A stretch of 29,001 nt of DNA from Candidatus Hadarchaeum sp. (lineage in GTDB: Archaea > Hadarchaeota > Hadarchaeia > Hadarchaeales > Hadarchaeaceae): positions 1 through 29,001 of the forward strand of contig NZ_JBMFOX010000015.1 in assembly GCF_049969415.1 (NCBI RefSeq). The letters are read 5' to 3'. The notes under the pieces are model-generated. The model was given only the letters and a program-made list of their open reading frames with translations. It searched no databases and was not told the DNA's origin. A program made the position numbers and the translations under genes. Below, in pieces: positions 25,865 through 29,001 of the stretch (position 1 is the stretch's first letter; each line of letters starts with the position of its first letter).

Positions 25865-27922
25865 GTGGAGATGACTTTTGAGCAGATGGTGCAGAGCATC
25901 CTGGAGATCACCGGGCTGAGCCGCGACGAGGTGATGTCCCGGATCCGGGCCAAGCAGGAGGAGCTCGGCGGCTTCGTGACGCTTGAGGGAGCGGCGAACA
26001 TAGTCGCCCGGGAGTTCGGTGTGGTCTTTGAGCGCAAAGAACCCGAGGTCAGGCCCCTCCGCATTGAAGATTTACTGCCCGGGATGTCCAAGGTCGACAT
26101 CATTGCCCGCGTGGTCAGAATCCAAGAGCCGAGGGAGTTTCAGAGGCCCGGTGGCCGTCCGGGGCAGGTGGGCAGCCTGGTCCTGCAGGATGCCACCGGT
26201 GAGATAAGGCTCGTGCTCTGGGATGAGAAGACCTCGATTCTGCGGCAGGGCGGCTTAAAGAAGGGGGACATCATCAGGGTGCAGGGAGCCTATGTCCGGG
26301 AGGGATTGGACAAGCGGCCGGAGTTAAGCCTTGGCGCCCGGGGCACGATATCGCTGTGTCCGGATCATCCGCTGGCCAAGGAACTGCCGCCTCTTTCCAG
26401 ATCCCGGGTGAAAATTGCAGATTTGGCGCCCCATCTGGTTGAGGTGGATGTGGTGGGGCGGGTGGTCACGTCCAGCGAGGTCAGGGCCTTCGATCGCCCC
26501 GATGGAACCACTGGAAAGGTGGCCACGCTGATCCTGATGGACGACACCGGGCAGGTGCGGGTTTCCCTTTGGGACGATTGGGCTGAGATGGCGAAGGAGA
26601 TTGGACGCGGCGAGGTGGTGATGCTGGAAAATGCCGCGGTCAGAACCGGGCCCGGCGGTCGCGTCGAGCTGAGCCTCGGCGCGGGCGGGCGGCTGGTGAG
26701 GAACCCCACCGGGATTTCCGAAGTTCCGGAGCTGGCGGAGAGGCCGCTGAAGCTGGGCGAGGTCGATCCCGACATGCGCTCGCTTGATGTAGCGGCGGTC
26801 GTGAAGAGCAAGCTGCCCCCGCGGGAGTTCAAGCGCGGTGATGGCTCCACTGGCCGAGTCCTGAGCCTGATCTTGGCCGATGACACCGGGACCATGCGAG
26901 CATCCTTCTGGGACCAAGCGGCGGACTTGGCCCAGAAGCTGCAGGTCGGCGACATCGTGCTGTTGAGAAATGCTTACACCCGAACGGGCTTGGGCAGCAG
27001 ACCCGAAATTCATGCGGGCAGGAATACACAGATTGAGATAAATCCGCCAGGGGTCCTCGTTGCTAGGCCCAGGTCGCAGGCCATCAAGATAGGCGAGCTG
27101 GAGCCCAACCTGGACGCGGTGGAGGTGGTCGGCAGGGTGGTGGAAGTTTCCGAGGCGCGCGAGTTCACCCGCCCTGACGGTAGCCGGGGCAAGGTGGCCA
27201 CTTTGGTTCTGGGTGACGATTCAGGGACGGTCAGGGTTTCCCTCTGGCAGGAGCATGCGGAGAAAGCGGTGGGCCTCAGGGTCGGCGACGCGGTGCGCTT
27301 GATTGATGCTTACACCACGCTGGGGATTCAGGGCCAAGTGGAGCTTCATCTGGGCAGCCAGGGCACCCTGGAGCTGAACCCGGCTGGCGAGGTTCCGCGG
27401 GCGATCGCCGGCGAGGTGGCCGCGCCGGGACCGGAGCGGCTGGAGATCTCTCAAGTTGACCGCGAGGGCATGAGGGTGGAGGTTCGGGGAACGGTGGTCC
27501 AAGTATTTCACCGCCGCCCGTTCTTCGACGTCTGTCCCAACTGCGGTCGGAGCATCAGCGGCGCCGAGACCAGCCTGACCTGTGAGGAGTGCGGGAAGGT
27601 GGTCACGCCGGAGCACCGGGCGGTGGTCAGCCTGCTGCTGGACGACGGCACCGGCAGCATTCGCGTGGCCCTTTTCGGAAAGGTGGCGGAGAGGTTGTTG
27701 GGGATGGGTGCCAAGCAGGTCATTGATCGCCTCAAATTCAATCCTGATTTAGCTGCATTTTACGGTGAGCTGGGTCTGGTCGGAAGGGAGCTGGTGGTTT
27801 CCGGGGTAACCCGGCGTGACAGATATCTCGATCAGCTGGAGATCCGGGCCCAGGACTTCAGAGCAGCTGACCCGCGGGAGGAGGCGCAGCTGCTTCTCAA
27901 AAGGCTAAAAGAAATGAAGTGA
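25865..27922 (+). CDS. rpa: Replication protein A (four tandem OB folds plus a Zn-finger OB fold)
   Basis: Four repeats of R(E/A)FxRx(D/G)G..GxV..LxLxDx(T/S)G.(I/V/M)R..(L/F)W, then CPNC...CEEC and DDGTGSIR. Sits upstream of radA. Confidence 0.9.
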   Translation: MEMTFEQMVQSILEITGLSRDEVMSRIRAKQEELGGFVTLEGAANIVAREFGVVFERKEPEVRPLRIEDLLPGMSKVDIIARVVRIQEPREFQRPGGRPGQVGSLVLQDATGEIRLVLWDEKTSILRQGGLKKGDIIRVQGAYVREGLDKRPELSLGARGTISLCPDHPLAKELPPLSRSRVKIADLAPHLVEVDVVGRVVTSSEVRAFDRPDGTTGKVATLILMDDTGQVRVSLWDDWAEMAKEIGRGEVVMLENAAVRTGPGGRVELSLGAGGRLVRNPTGISEVPELAERPLKLGEVDPDMRSLDVAAVVKSKLPPREFKRGDGSTGRVLSLILADDTGTMRASFWDQAADLAQKLQVGDIVLLRNAYTRTGLGSRPEIHAGRNTQIEINPPGVLVARPRSQAIKIGELEPNLDAVEVVGRVVEVSEAREFTRPDGSRGKVATLVLGDDSGTVRVSLWQEHAEKAVGLRVGDAVRLIDAYTTLGIQGQVELHLGSQGTLELNPAGEVPRAIAGEVAAPGPERLEISQVDREGMRVEVRGTVVQVFHRRPFFDVCPNCGRSISGAETSLTCEECGKVVTPEHRAVVSLLLDDGTGSIRVALFGKVAERLLGMGAKQVIDRLKFNPDLAAFYGELGLVGRELVVSGVTRRDRYLDQLEIRAQDFRAADPREEAQLLLKRLKEMK

Positions 27923-27943
27923 GAGTATAAAGGGGAGAGGGTA

Positions 27944-28894
27944 TTGTCCGAGGTCAGCAAAAAAACGATAGAGAACCTTCCCGGGGTCGGCGAAGCCACG
28001 GCGGAGAAGCTTCGTGAGGCCGGCTACCGGACGATTGAGTCGATAGCGGCCGCGACCGTCGCCGAGCTGCGGGAGGCCGCCGAGCTGGGTGAGGCGCAGG
28101 CCAAGAAGATCATCGCTGCAGCCAGGGAGGCCGCCGATTTTTGCTCCTTCGTGACCGCGGACAAGGTGCTGGAGAAGCGGGAAAAGGTGGGCCTGATCAC
28201 GACGGGCAGCACCGCTCTCGACGACCTGCTGGGCGGCGGGGTGGAGACGCAGGCGGTCACCGAGGCCTTCGGGGAGTTCGGCTCGGGCAAGACGCAGCTG
28301 GCCCACCAGCTCTGCGTTAACGTTCAGCTGCCCAGGGAGCAGAAGGGGCTGGAGGCCAAGGCGATTTTCATCGACACCGAGAACACCTTCAGGCCGGAGC
28401 GGATCCGGGACATGTCGCTCGGCGTGGGGCTCGATCCCGTCAGGGCGCTGCAGAACATCTACTATGTGAGGTCCTACAACACCGACCAGCAGATCCTGAT
28501 AGCCGAGAAGGCGGAGGAGATAGTGGAACGGGAGAACATCCGGCTTATTGTGGTCGACTCAGTGACCGCTCATTTCCGGGCTGAGTTCACCGGACGGGAG
28601 ACCCTGGCGCTGAGACAGCAGAAGCTGAACCGGCACCTGATGACGCTGCACCGGATTGCGGACCTGCACGACTTGGCGGTCTTCGTGACCAACCAGGTGC
28701 AGGCGCGGCCGGACGTTTTCTTCGGCGACCCCACCAAGCCCATCGGCGGACACATCCTGGCCCATTCTGCGACGACCCGCATCTACCTCCGTAAGTCTAA
28801 GGAGCAGCGGAGGATTGCTCGGATATTTGACAGCCCCAACCTCCCCGAGCGTGAGGCGGTTTTCCGCATCACCGAGCAGGGGATAAAGGATTGA
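27944..28894 (+). CDS. radA: DNA repair and recombination protein RadA
   Basis: N-terminal HhH ([12 protein letters not shown]), [28 protein letters not shown] and GGHILAH. Confidence 0.97.
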   Translation: MSEVSKKTIENLPGVGEATAEKLREAGYRTIESIAAATVAELREAAELGEAQAKKIIAAAREAADFCSFVTADKVLEKREKVGLITTGSTALDDLLGGGVETQAVTEAFGEFGSGKTQLAHQLCVNVQLPREQKGLEAKAIFIDTENTFRPERIRDMSLGVGLDPVRALQNIYYVRSYNTDQQILIAEKAEEIVERENIRLIVVDSVTAHFRAEFTGRETLALRQQKLNRHLMTLHRIADLHDLAVFVTNQVQARPDVFFGDPTKPIGGHILAHSATTRIYLRKSKEQRRIARIFDSPNLPEREAVFRITEQGIKD

Positions 28895-28904
28895 AGGTGT
28901 CTTT

Positions 28905-29001
28905 TTGATCCGGCTTCTGGCCGTTGACATCGACGGCACCATGACCTATCGGAACCGGCGGCTGGACCTGGCGGCGGTCGAGGCCATCCGGAGGGCGGAG
29001 G
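28905..29001 (+). CDS. HAD phosphatase, probably phosphoglycolate phosphatase (SPP-like); runs off the window end
   Basis: TTG start after GAAGGTG. Translates as MIRLLAVDIDGTMTYRNRRLDLAAVEAIRRAE, containing DxDGT motif I. Confidence 0.8.
   Translation, partial: MIRLLAVDIDGTMTYRNRRLDLAAVEAIRRAE

Noticed and set aside
8409-28894. Inteins in nrdJ, topA, rfcS, ileS or radA
   Set aside because: Protein lengths are normal and conserved motifs are uninterrupted.
309-28942. Many long antisense or alternate-frame ORFs (e.g. 14415-15767, 13353-14369, 20145-21122, 24875-25741)
   Set aside because: Shadow ORFs expected from high-GC3 codon usage opposite well-supported genes.

Overview
GC-rich archaeal chromosome segment with euryarchaeal-type genes and TATA promoters. 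A Hadarchaeota-like lineage is my guess from gene style only. Most of it is housekeeping: rnhB, a cobO-nrdJ B12 module, Trk K+ uptake, topA, rfcS, ileS, class II HMG-CoA reductase, rpa, radA and a partial HAD phosphatase. The accessory parts are a PAS/DUF835 sensor, an orphan AbiEi-like wHTH protein, an FnIII/PGF-pre-PGF surface protein, a DUF515-like protein and a more AT-rich osmoadaptation block (glycosyltransferase, 2x MscS, trehalose-6-P phosphatase). Three signals are not explained by the standard genes. (1) A ~270-nt non-coding region upstream of nrdJ-cobO has many helices and a 9-bp inter-domain pseudoknot/kissing pairing. (2) A tiny Cas2/VapD-like ORF is bracketed by three copies of a 16-bp near-palindrome (GTGCACGGCCGTGAAC). 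(3) The trk operon carries an unannotated 50-aa membrane ORF and an exported OB-fold protein. I saw no rRNA, tRNA, CRISPR array, transposase or intein.
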